From Psammoneis japonica (lineage: Eukaryota), in contig QPGO01000031.1 in NCBI GenBank assembly GCA_008632985.1, forward strand, positions 372,001-436,000: a DNA stretch of 64,000 nt. The letters are read 5' to 3'. Numbering within the stretch: position 1 is the stretch's first letter; each line of letters opens with the position of its first letter. The notes under the pieces were generated by a model. It made no database searches and was not told the DNA's origin. It saw nothing but the letters and a program-made list of their open reading frames with translations. Below, one piece after another: positions 35,801 through 46,058 of the stretch. The position numbers and the translations under genes were made by a program.

Positions 35801-35907
35801 GTATTCCTGCTAAGTTGTGGCGGTATTACCGCAGTTGCTATCGTAGTAACTGGTTTGTCTGGCACAGATTGGATCGAGTCTCTACTCGATTCGTCTTCGT
35901 TCCACAT
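32887..35907 (-). CDS. MULE transposase (DDE, SWIM zinc finger, AT-hook-like tail)
   Basis: LSADTTHK, NSDGDKAI, CWAHLLR, NTNSDEAHNKLLK, CTCRKALQYGFCPH, KPGRPKK; 1006-aa intact ORF. Confidence 0.9.
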   Translation of the reverse strand: MWNEDESSRDSIQSVPDKPVTTIATAVIPPQLSRNTSNNSRLTECGKLDCKCKPRGPADSGRFKGKVKQEECWVTVKEFQFDTRSSHVDVTFESAIQFIQTQPPGNWKRIDVQRSAKRLANGTREEKFGCQYVYKGDCNCKIRAYHVVGTNVVSVQWYTLGSAHGMPLTHDGSFPSLESHSTFQHMRVPTKPGKKDQLPIDMQEYIDATMRKYPALSGSDLKIRMALCPRSATSSEKRWKLSQAEWNVLASQIESCRRTVLSKIDAEADKVFNDNFKDIQEFARRHTFDEVVARKGEEFNEHDMFVAGIDMKIDKTEPPLERNDSNKKWKPRHICRVFVTNVAMASFVPAIASRGDVHSRIVLSADTTHKTFVCAGFRILIVFVNDATLSAKILGFLVTCTEDGGDYCFATRAVRNVSEYICSLPNSELPGNITELPFNLPSPVPPCTMDKPFSFDADEVALEQRCNDDFVTMQSQRYRSRLSEDTRRKITDSASYFPELIPQPQDGSVHSTFRWDTKGLVFTSNSDGDKAIPNGLGAAVPAMIYNHNDCWAHLLRHLGKVMDGTEHTQYCPITIQEPRFQRISDKEKRKEELKKVRQKLYNYVKDSLYEVKFVTSRSLSTLLFEKLVSDLEHGDVPGVPGSFANFAEYIKTTFARCTNNGSHGTWRYSDLLDVTNSCCDSHSGELVNTTNDPTDLHFGLPDNTNSDEAHNKLLKEGMERRRQTVAGNLSFLMDYGKEYTEKECLMHGVSYLPVPYGSERIPTSRHAEDLRVGMQFLGHDPTPGLQYLRQGGVVLQEGRGMDSKVYMLSGDHELLYLHQQTTGEVDPPIPRKGCDTKKAQVKLWYKKYKQVTKATEEQLRAMATRGAKQIYMEANGLRTLPDHVDPKKWRLAWGKAVDELHEYQRSFAVVTPLDANFEGIQECEPFRVQHKYRDQNVVYKWRCTCRKALQYGFCPHIFFMTHTNHNILEGYGNQDIPPAAATFANGQKRKPGRPKKTPGALIRMED

Positions 35908-36096
35908 CGTGTTGAATAGAATTGTAAGCAGCAGCTTGTTGGATTATAAAATTGTAAGCAGAAGTGACTCAGATATTTGAAAGCTACGAATAATTAGTAC
36001 TGTCATAATATCGTGGCTTCGTGATTGTTTTCGACACGGTAAAAACACGTTTGCGGCAATAACAACGAAACGTGCTGCTGTTTTTGGTATCGTCAA

Positions 36097-37234
36097 CTAG
36101 TCCTTAATATTGAGTGACGTGTCAATAAAACGACCGTGGTGAAAGTAGACCTCAAATAAGGTCGTGTACTTCGGGCCAAGTCCACTAACGTGTTTCTTCA
36201 CTTTGCCGACAGTGTCAAGGGTAGCAGACGTCTGTGAGTAAGGAACAGTCATAAAAAATGAAAGCCGTGTAAGTATCAGAAGATCAAAAGCAGCAAGGTA
36301 TGAAGCATTTCACATACAGCAGAAATAGATAGGGAAAAACCCTTCATAACGTCCACTTTGCCGCGGTACTGCCTGGTATTAAACATGGAGCTTTCAACAA
36401 TAGTGTCGATCCAATCATTGATGTGTCGTGCAAAATCATAATGAAGCCTTTGATTGGCGGGGTTGTTGCAGGTAAGAGAAGGATCCAACTTGACCAAAGT
36501 GCAATCGACCTTCTCCTCCTTGATGTTTTTGGCTTGGTCTTTCTTTGCAGCAGTACGACGTTTCGTATTCGTATTCTTTTTGGTACCTGCATTCGCATTC
36601 TTGTTGGCGGCGCGTTTCGTCATGGCTCCAAGTGCGTCACTGGCTTGGTCTTTCTTTGCAGCAGTACGACGTTTCGTATTCGTATTGTTTTGGGTACTAG
36701 CATTCGCAGTCTTGTTGGCGGCGCGTTTCGTCATGACTCCAAGTACATCACTGGTTACGTCTTTCTTTGCAGAAGTACGACGTTTCGCACTCGTATTCTT
36801 TTTGGTGCCAGCATTCGCAGTCTTGTTGGCGGCGCGTTTCGTCATGGCTCCAAGTGCGTCAGCAGCTGAAACAGCAGAAGACGTGGCGGTTGTTTCGTCA
36901 GCTCATTGCCATTGGATGAAAGAAACAACACTTTGACATTATCCTGACGCTTACCTTTCTTTTTGTTGTTGCTGGCGGCGGCGGGTTTGCCCCTTACTTT
37001 CAGATTGGAGCGAGGCGAAGCGGAATAACTTGGAGCCTTTTTCTTCGAAGGATCTTCTTCATCATCCGATGAAATAACTATGACCTCCCGCAAGAAGGTA
37101 ATTTCTTCGTCACTGGATGGGTAATCGTCAGACGACTTGTGTTTCTTGGAGGCAGCGGGTTTCTCGTCGGAAGACGACTCTTCATCGTGGGAACAAAGAT
37201 CGATCACGACGCTCTTGTTGACTGCATCACTCAT
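36097..37234 (-). CDS. MULE accessory protein with SIM-like motifs and three basic ~37-aa repeats; introns 36954-36866 and 36317-36232
   Basis: GTAAG..TTCAG and GTATGT..CACAG introns join the ORFs in frame, ending ..SLNIKD*; repeats MTKRAANK..KRRT.AKKD. Confidence 0.75.
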
Positions 37235-37886
37235 GGTTTGATGGTTTGCTCCTGCAAACAAAAAGTAAGAACAGAAAAGTGAGCAGTCATGAGAGTAATG
37301 AAATGCAACAAGACAGCAAAACGCATAGGGCCCTAATGCATTGTCAGCGTTATGAGTAGCTGAATCGCTTTTTCCCTGGAGTGCCGAGAAAGTGTTCGCG
37401 CCGTTTTCCTACTACTAAATTTGGAATTGGAAAATGAATGATGCAGAAAGAAAAATTTCAAATAACATGTAACTATTCATGCTCTATATAGTCTATATTG
37501 ATCGCAACGGATTCTATCCGAAACACGGGCATCCGACAGACGAAACACGTGGGATAGAAATCACCCCAGTTTGGGATAGAAAATATAATATTTCTGCACT
37601 TGAAGCACCAAGCAAGCTCGACCTTTCTCGTTTCAGCAAGGCCCTACACAGTAACGTTTTGGTTTTGGTGGTTGCTTGTCGTCGGATACGTCCACGTCAT
37701 CGTCTTGCTGACATCATTCTGACGTCCCTAAAAAATAAGTCGGTAATGCATGCGAGCTACGAGGTCTGACAAAGAACATCCGGGTTCTTTCGGATCTCAG
37801 ATCCAATATGCGAGACACAATGGCGAACGCAGTGCCGACACAATCAACAACAACTGACCGCGAATTACTATCGATAGATTAGCATC

Positions 37887-38219
37887 ATGGAGGTAAGCGA
37901 TAACGAGAATGATGATTCTCCGGGTGTTCCGCAAGCTGCTGGTGAAGGTTCTGCGGCAACACGTCGCCGGGTCGTGCCTCTAGCCAGCGACAACACGTCA
38001 ACGCCTACCAAACCGAGTGCGGTTGCTTCCAGGACTCGCAAAGGCGGCAACAGCCCGAAAGTTGTACACAAGGATTTCTTCAACGGTGCGTTATTAAAAA
38101 AAAGTGTAAAAGAAAACGAAAAATGGTGTAGGTGGATCGCTCAATACAGTAGCTCATTTGTCCTTGTGTTGCTTCATACAGATTTTCCAGACGACTTTGG
38201 CCTGCCAAAAATGTCGTAG
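37887..38219 (+). CDS. Possible first exon of a hypothetical gene
   Basis: ATG ORF with acidic/low-complexity N-terminus; downstream structure unresolved. Confidence 0.3.
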   Translation: MEVSDNENDDSPGVPQAAGEGSAATRRRVVPLASDNTSTPTKPSAVASRTRKGGNSPKVVHKDFFNGALLKKSVKENEKWCRWIAQYSSSFVLVLLHTDFPDDFGLPKMS

Positions 38220-40507
38220 AGGTACGTTCACAATAATGTTTATGAATCAGCTACTGTTTACTCTAGCCGCATTTTAATACGGGGCGTCATGAGGCTCACG
38301 GGCGATTCACGACAAGGGCATGACGGATTTGCCACTTGTAACATCCCGAAAATGCGTGCGGCAACAACACAAAACAATGTTCCAATTTGGAACAAAGAGA
38401 ATAGCATGAGGTTTTCGCCTCTTTTCTCCTGTCGACAAGGTTCAAGCGTAGATGCCTGTGTCGGGATACGTGATTGGACAAAGCTTGAGGCTGGGGAAAT
38501 CTGGCTTTTCGTAGTGCTTGAGCTTGTCTTCTGCAACTCGCGTGTTCCGATTGTATGCTGGGAGAGAAGGTTCAATCTTTCTTTACCTTGCATATCGTTC
38601 ACACCGACAGACATTGAACCCCCTAAATGTCGTGCTCTCTCTCACAACTGAAGTTATTAACTTTTTTCTTTTGTACGGATTCTCGAATCATCTATGAAAC
38701 GGAAGAATGTGCTTATGAATGTGAGATCCCACTAGACAAACAGATTGCAACAGAGGGAAACCGCAGAGGTTTGACTACCGCATTTCCGTGGAGGGTTCCC
38801 ATGAGTGTATCGGGGGGTGAAAAATTGTAATCGTGTAATAGCGTTTGAAGCGCTCACGCTACAGAGTGTTGTTCCCCTTTTTGTATGGTAGCGTTCGTTT
38901 CGTACCTTGGATTGCGTGTTGTGTCTCTACACTAATAGCAGCGAAAAATGTATGCGTGAGACCCTCCAAGACAATGCGTACAAGACACATCACACATCTA
39001 CTCTCTAGGGTACGCAGTTCAACAATAGGCACTCGAGAGCCTTGTTCCAATAAACGCACGACACAAAACGTGCAATGCGGACTGGAAAAAACGACACACA
39101 GCACAGTCCGATTGAAATCCAAAACGGAAAACAACGACTGCGAGGGAGTCAACTCTCTTGGCGAGTGCATTGCTATACTCTTCCACAAATGTAACGGAGT
39201 GCATAGCGATGGGTAATCGGAACGATTAAAAACACCAGCATCCTGACTATTTGTGGAGCGAAACCCCCGAAGGTGGAGCGATTGATAAGCTACTCACCTC
39301 ATGGCGGTTCCGAGAAAATCTCCCACATGAGAATTCGCACCATCTGCCAAAAGAATCAAATAGAAGTAGACTTGTGAGAAATTATGGTCTCAAACGAGTC
39401 AATGCTCGTGGCTTTTGTCGAACTGTTTGTCCGCTTGTGACTCTGCTCTTGATGGAAACAAAGAGAAGAGTGTCTGGGGACGAGTTTGCTCTAGCGACGT
39501 GTCGACACCTTTCCAATAAAGTCGTTTGTTCTTCGATGTGCATTGCTGCAAAAAGGAAACCAGTTCTTCTGAAAGCCCTAAAGGGAAAAAGAAGAATGGA
39601 CGTGGCTGTCGCATTTTTTCCTCGGTCTGATGATGGTCCACGCACCTTTTTCCGTCGTTTTGTGGGTGGGTGCTGCACAGCCAAAAACGATGATAATGTC
39701 AAAAGCTCAAAGTGGGGGGTGAAATCACCGGAAGATGTCATTATCGCTATTCATAAAAGTGAAACTAGGAACGCAATTGTATTGTATGTAACGCTGCGGA
39801 GCTCGTCGAAGACTGATGAGTGAGGGTGTGAGGGTTGCGGGTGTGGTGAGGAGAGAGGAGACGACCGACTTGGACTGGTCCAGCCGTTTTTTCTGTGTCG
39901 CGGAAGAAGACAGACCAGTCTTGGATACTCTGTAGATCGTACGTAGGAGCCACACAATTCGTTCGTGGTAGCGCGGGAGCCACGACTCCTGTTCCCTCCA
40001 TCTGTGTGCCTCTCGATCGCATCCTCTAGACTCTAGGAGTAGCTAGCTAGAGGGCCCTACCCGGTAGCTGTTCGACAATGATGCAAATTATTTGCAGTGC
40101 TTTCTCAAGAACGTATGTACTCTTTTTCTTTTCGAGCTGTAGATAAAGGGTTGAATTATTGTAGAATTGAACGTTCCGGGTAAGTGTGACAATCCGTCCA
40201 AACACCGAAATCTTTCGCGGCGGCTACCAAGACTCAACATCCCGATTTGCCGTGAAATTGCTACGTGGAAAATCCACAAACCGCCACCACCAACACGTGT
40301 CAAAGGAAAGATGACTCACCACGCCTCTTGGACGAGTGGACGAACGCACTTGTTGCCGACAGTGCCATCAATACGAAGGGTACCCACATGCCATTAGCAA
40401 TACATGCATTGGGCTACACAAAGCAACAAACACTCTACATAGATATCGAACACAATCCAAGCAAGCATTGAAAGTTCTGCTAAAATACGAATGCTGCTGC
40501 CAGCATT

Positions 40508-41032
40508 ATGACGGATCCAGATGCTAGCACTAACAATGGCACCAACGGCAAGATACACAGAATAACAAACTCAACGGATTTGGAATTGATGACGAGAGAT
40601 GCAGCACGACTCTCGGGGCTAATAAGAATCACTCTTGACTTACAAGAGGATCCACAACACAGAAAGTCGAAAGTACAACTGGTAATTGCACACAGCGAGC
40701 AAGACAACGACGTCTTCGAAAAAGATACTTACAAGATCCCTGTATATCTCGTGGCCCCAGCATGCCTTGCCAAAGTTATACAGTTCCTCAACCACCACGA
40801 GATCGAGCCAATGCATAAGATCCATTGCAATCCCCTACCTCCACATATTCAGTCCCTTGAGGAAGTTGTCAAGCAAGACTGGTATGTTCGGTTTTGTTCC
40901 GACATCAACGGTACTTTTGACATGGTGTCAAAGCTCCATCATGCTGCAGACTATCTGGAAATTCCTCCATTAAAAGCCTTGATGAGTGTCGTCATGCAAA
41001 TAAGAAGTAGGACGTCGAATCAAGCAACATAA
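40508..41032 (+). CDS. Skp1-like protein, C-terminally short
   Basis: LAKVIQFLNHH..EPM, VKQDWYVRF, AADYLEIPPL. Confidence 0.8.
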   Translation: MTDPDASTNNGTNGKIHRITNSTDLELMTRDAARLSGLIRITLDLQEDPQHRKSKVQLVIAHSEQDNDVFEKDTYKIPVYLVAPACLAKVIQFLNHHEIEPMHKIHCNPLPPHIQSLEEVVKQDWYVRFCSDINGTFDMVSKLHHAADYLEIPPLKALMSVVMQIRSRTSNQAT

Positions 41033-41685
41033 CACGCTATTGGGGGCAACTACGGCTCTCTTTCGTCGAGGGCTTCTTCTTCTCGATGCTTCCGGGAAGG
41101 AAGGTTGCTCCGTTTGGGATTCGCTAATCACACAAGAAGCTACGGGCACACAGGGAGAAGCACAACAGAAATCATCATAATCTTAAGCCACTATGCAACT
41201 AACTTCAAGTTGTATCGTTGGCGACAAAAACATAGCTGGTGGCACTAAGAAGATTGGGAGAAAGAACCATGTACAAAGATCAAGTTCCCATTTCCCATTT
41301 TCAAGAGGTGACATCAAGTACGCGCAGAATATTTCAATGATATAGCAACTAGCATAGCATAAGACAATAGTCAAAACCAGCGATAGCATTGAGATGGTGT
41401 TCTTTTGTTGCGTGGCACACCGTACATGTAAGGCACATACTGAAGCTTTTGTGCAACTTTCGAAGTCACTTCCTATTCAGTGCAAGTGTCATCGCGAGTA
41501 CCATTCATATTTTCAAGGACGTGGAGCAAGCATCAGTCAACAACATACAAGGACAGCATCAACACGAGCTTATCACCTAATGATAACATCATACAAGATT
41601 AGTATATATATAGTATACATTATTCAAGTTGCAACGTGGCTTCCCCAAAGTACCGATGTTGCTGAAACTGTTGGGCCGACTACCT

Positions 41686-42336
41686 CTACTGTGAAAAGAA
41701 TGCTACTGCGCCCGCGTCACACTGATTCATTCTCTGAAAGAAAGCAGTCAAATCAGAAAAGAACCCCTTTGTGGCTACATATGAGGCGTTTGTAAGTTGA
41801 GAGATGCCGTCGACAGAACCACTGGTAGGCGCTTCCGAGGCGCTCTCTTCTTCTTCCACCTTGACTACGGGATCATCCCATGGCATTACAACAAACTGTA
41901 CGTTGAATTGCTCGTCGAACTCCGATTCCTCCGTGGACTCTTGATTGTCTATCTTCTCGACATCTTTTGCCTTAGACGACGAGTCTTGTTCTTCGTGAGT
42001 CTCCGGTTCCTCGTCAAAGCTGTTGCTGTTTCGGGACTCCTCTTGATTGTCGCTCGAGGAAGAGCAAACCTGAGCACTGACGTGATCCGACCTTGCCACG
42101 GACGAATCAAAATCAACAGTATCGCCTTCTTCCGGCGACTTGACGACAATGGCCTTTTTGACGGCTTTGTTTCTTTTGGGCGAGTAGCGAATGATCCTTG
42201 AGCTCCCCGTAACAAAGGATGGATCTTCACTTCTCGTTTCCTCCGAATTCAAGAGCGGGAGCTTTTCACTTTTTCGGAACCTCATCTCCGTCACTACGAT
42301 TCCATTTCCGGCTTTTCCAAAACAGTATGGCGACAC
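41686..42336 (-). CDS. Hypothetical acidic low-complexity protein
   Basis: 216-aa ORF with Ser/Glu bias. Confidence 0.55.
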   Translation of the reverse strand: MSPYCFGKAGNGIVVTEMRFRKSEKLPLLNSEETRSEDPSFVTGSSRIIRYSPKRNKAVKKAIVVKSPEEGDTVDFDSSVARSDHVSAQVCSSSSDNQEESRNSNSFDEEPETHEEQDSSSKAKDVEKIDNQESTEESEFDEQFNVQFVVMPWDDPVVKVEEEESASEAPTSGSVDGISQLTNASYVATKGFFSDLTAFFQRMNQCDAGAVAFFSQ

Positions 42337-43201
42337 CTTTCTATTGTGTTATTGTGCATGCTGTGATCGTTTGCGGAAGCGGGACTTCATCGGCACGAAT
42401 TTGTGACTTGCTGATGGTCGATTTATGAAAATGAGTTTTGAATGACATTTTGTGTACCGCAACGGATGAGGCTATTAAATACATATTTTCATCGTCATAG
42501 ACAAAATTGAACAAAAAATTGTCTGTCCTCACATTTCAAAAATATTCATCCTTATGGCCATTTAAAATTATATTCGACTATAGTGCATAATAAAATCAAT
42601 TAACCTTTTCATTGGCTCTAAACAGATTATCAAGCCACAAATATGTTCGATATGAGAGATGTCAGTTAGCTTCTGTTCAAAAAACTTATCTCCAGTACGG
42701 AAGATGTTCATTTTCCGACCTCTTATTATTTCTACGCTTCATTCACGTTGACATGACATTACGAAATTTGTTGTATCGAAATTAATGTACACTCCGTGTT
42801 TTGCGCGGTGGCGAGCGACAACCGATCCATCGCGCACAACCTGTCACACACTGCCGCCGCCGTTGCATGCGAATCATATCATACTGTACCTTTTGTATCG
42901 GTGCGTTATTGCTCCTTGAATTGCCATGCCGTGTGGGTGTTGAGTGTTTGAATACGTTATGCATCAGCAAAGAAAGTGTGTTTTGTTTGAAAATGATCGT
43001 TGAAGCGTCCTTCGCGCTTGCGGAAGACGGTCTGCCGATGGCTTGTCATTGCCGTTGGTTCTACGTACTCTCACGTAGAATTCAGTACTGGCGGCCTCGT
43101 TCGCCAACGGCTCGACGCTCGACATTATTCTGAAGATTTCTCATCATCTCTCCTGTTGTGTGCCTTGCTGCTGCAGAACCGATAGCCCCTTATATTAAAT
43201 C

Positions 43202-43808
43202 ATGAGTGTTGAAATGGAAACGTGCCCCGCCAGCGCCCCCTTCTTTGGGTTCATGGGTGTAACAAGCGCTTTGGTGTTTGCCAACATTGGAGCTGCTTAC
43301 GGAACTGCCAAGTCCGGAGTCGGTATTTCTTCCATGGGTGTGATGAACCCCGGACTCGTGATGAGAAACATTATTCCAGTAGTTATGGCGGGTGTGTTGG
43401 GTATCTACGGTCTTATTGTGGCTGTGATCATTCAGGGTTCTATTGTTTCACCACAGAACGGTCTCAGTCAATACAGTCTGTACACTGCGTTTGCTCACTT
43501 GGCTGCCGGGCTCTGCTGTGGACTCTCGGGTCTTGCTGCCGGTATGGCGATTGGAATTGTTGGTGATGCAGGTGTGCGTGCTGTTGGACAGCAAGAGAAG
43601 CTCTTTGTTGGAATGATTCTTATTTTGATTTTCGCTGAGGCTCTTGGGCTTTACGGTACGTCTCGCTTATGTTTTTCGTCTGTATGTGGTCTCGTAGTGC
43701 ATTATTTGTTGACTAAGTGCTGACTCCTCTTTCCTCCTTATGCTCTATCTAGGACTTATTGTCGCACTCATCCTATCCCAGAACTCTTTTATCTGCGAAG
43801 GAAACTAA
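43202..43808 (+). CDS. ATP6V0C: V-type ATPase 16-kDa proteolipid subunit c; intron 43656-43752
   Basis: [47 protein letters not shown]. Confidence 0.97.
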
Positions 43809-44575
43809 TCAAAATGACTACGCGATCGGATGAACAAATTGAAATGTGAATGTCACAGCAACTGTGACGGCGAATGAGGAAGTAGTAACAATCTTTTTCA
43901 GAAATTTTAGACGCTCAGCCACTTTTCTCTTTGTAAACTGTTTACTTCTTGATCAATGCAATTCCATAGACCCAAGTCATAGGCAGTGATAGGGATCGAT
44001 CCAACTGAGTTGCTTGTTCCTTCTCGTCGAAAGGATGGGTTCTCTCAGCGCTAGTGTTGCAGCTGACGTGTTCTCATGTCTGAAGTTTGGGCTTGGCTTT
44101 GAGAAACGAAAATGGTGGATATCGCAGACTCGAGCTACATCTCCAGCAAGAGTGCCTGTGAATTGAGAAGGAGGCTCTCATTTTCAGTCTCATTTCGAGA
44201 CCAACGATGATCAGTTAGTAATGAAACGCACGACAACAGACTGAGGCGCTCTTTCTGTACCTCTAGAACAGAGAGAGCTAGCTAGCTCCCGTAGGGCTAG
44301 AGAGTAGGTACTTCCATCCTCTGGAAACACACCTCTCTAGCTAGAAAGCTCTAGAGTAGATAGAGAGGGCTAACGAGACTGACAACGACTCACTCGGCGA
44401 ATAGTCCTTACGAGCTCCAGTTCTGGTATCTTCTGCGTTAGCTCGCGAAATGGTGTGCGGCGCGGTGTGATGAGTGATGATGCGTGTGATGTTGATGTGA
44501 GACATGCAACAGCCAAAAGCAAAATGTGTTGAGAAGGTGACCGCTACCGAGTTTTAATGCGTCGATCATAGCACG

Positions 44576-45926
44576 ATGTTTATTCCTTTGAAGTGGCTTG
44601 GAGCGGCCTGCCTATTGTTGCAACGTTCTTGGGCATTTCAGAAAGGCGTTGCTCCCTCAGTAGCAGCAGCGAGATCCTTTGAAAGAAAAAGTCTTGCTTT
44701 CTCAAGTTCATCCGCAGCAGCCGACAAAGAAGAAGATTCGTTGGAGCGTTTCATGGCTGATATTTCCAAAGTATGCAACGAGCTTCGTCCTGGCGATCGT
44801 GATCCTACTTTGCCGGCACCTTTTAATTCTTTGGGGCGGAAGGGAAGACCCTCCTTTACTCGCACTTGGTCTTTTGACGATTGGGAAAATCACCTCAGCC
44901 GTCGACGCTACGTTCGATGGATATTTGGCTTCCCCACGAGCCGATTGCTTCGTCGGATGATGCCTGTATTGACATTTTACATGCTTTGGAGCTCGTTTGC
45001 CGTTTGGTGGTGGCAGCGTGGAGGCTTGATATCAAAGATCTCCGTCAATCTTACTCCACTTTCTCTCATCAGTACCTTTCTTGCATTTCTCTTGACGTTG
45101 AGAAGCAATCAAGGTCTAGGCAGACTAAACGATGGAAGGAATGTAAGTACCGTGACGAATTATATACTGAATCTTCTTATTGAGCAAAAAATGTAACCTC
45201 ACCTTGACACTGTTGGTGCTGAAGGCGTTTGGCGAAATGGTTCTTTATACACGCGACATGAGTAGTCTGGTCACCTTCTCCATCTATCAACACGATCCGC
45301 AGCTCGGCCTCAAACTGTTACGCCACGTTTCTCTGTTTGGTTGGCTCCTCAAGGGCTTTTTACGCGGTCAGAAGGTAAACGGCTCGGATGAAGACATTAT
45401 TCGCACCATGTTGCCCAACTCGGTCGACGCCGACTACGTCATGAGACATCGCAAACGCCCTGTTGCAGTTGTTTCACGGTTACGTCAAGCGTTCTTTCAC
45501 TCAAAACTTTCAACGGCGGAAGAACTTGCCTTGGATCATTGCACTCAGTCGCTCAATCACTGTATAATGACAACCGAGCGTATCTGCGCCTCGCCCATTC
45601 CACCAATCTACACAGCTCACACAGGACGGCTCATGCTCTTCTATCTCTTTATGCTACCCCTCGCCTTGCGAGCTACCTGTGTTATGAATGGATTGGGAAC
45701 AGTCATTACCTGCTTTGCCGTGGCATTTTCCATGCTTGGACTGGACGAAATGTCGCACCTGTGTGAGCAGCCGTTTCGTCTCATGCCACTCTATCAGCTC
45801 TCCAAGAACAGCATGATGGATGTAGCCGACTCTGTGTTGCAATTGCCACCCAGCTGGGAGACTGGAGAAGATGTGTCTTTGAATCGACCCAGCTATTGGC
45901 CAGCTGGTATCGATCGAGTGGTGTAA
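44576..45926 (+). CDS. Bestrophin-like (UPF0187) channel, probably plastid-targeted; intron ~45143-45223
   Basis: SWA-FQ presequence, FLLTLRSNQGLGR, ERICASPIPPIYTAH, GLDEMSHLCEQPF. Confidence 0.9.
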
Positions 45927-46058
45927 TATTTGGATTCTTTTTATCCCGATGGATAATACACTCGTAGCTAGAACCGGGAATACGCTGTCCCATACCTTTA
46001 TGAATACGCATTCTCTACCGGTACGGCAGAAACAGCGTAGCAATCATTTTACCGTAGC

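Larger units (their letters stand above)
32201..37596 (-). mobile_element. Complete Mutator-like (MULE) DNA transposon, 5.4 kb
   Basis: TSD CACTTGAAG at 32192-32200 and 37597-37605; imperfect TIRs with repeated TTTTCTATCC / GGATAGAAA motifs; contains transposase. Confidence 0.9.

Noticed and set aside
36520..36860. ~111-bp tandem repeats as a CRISPR-like array
   Set aside because: No unique spacers; these are in-frame coding repeats of the MULE accessory gene.
37326..37336. TAGGGCCCTAA as a telomere fusion scar
   Set aside because: Single unit with no TTAGGG array; treated as part of the recurring palindrome motif.
38258..39957. Several 100-190 aa ORFs
   Set aside because: No recognisable motifs or consistent splice model.
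42400..42800. AT-rich tract as a centromere
   Set aside because: Only ~400 bp and lies between divergent genes; more simply promoter DNA.
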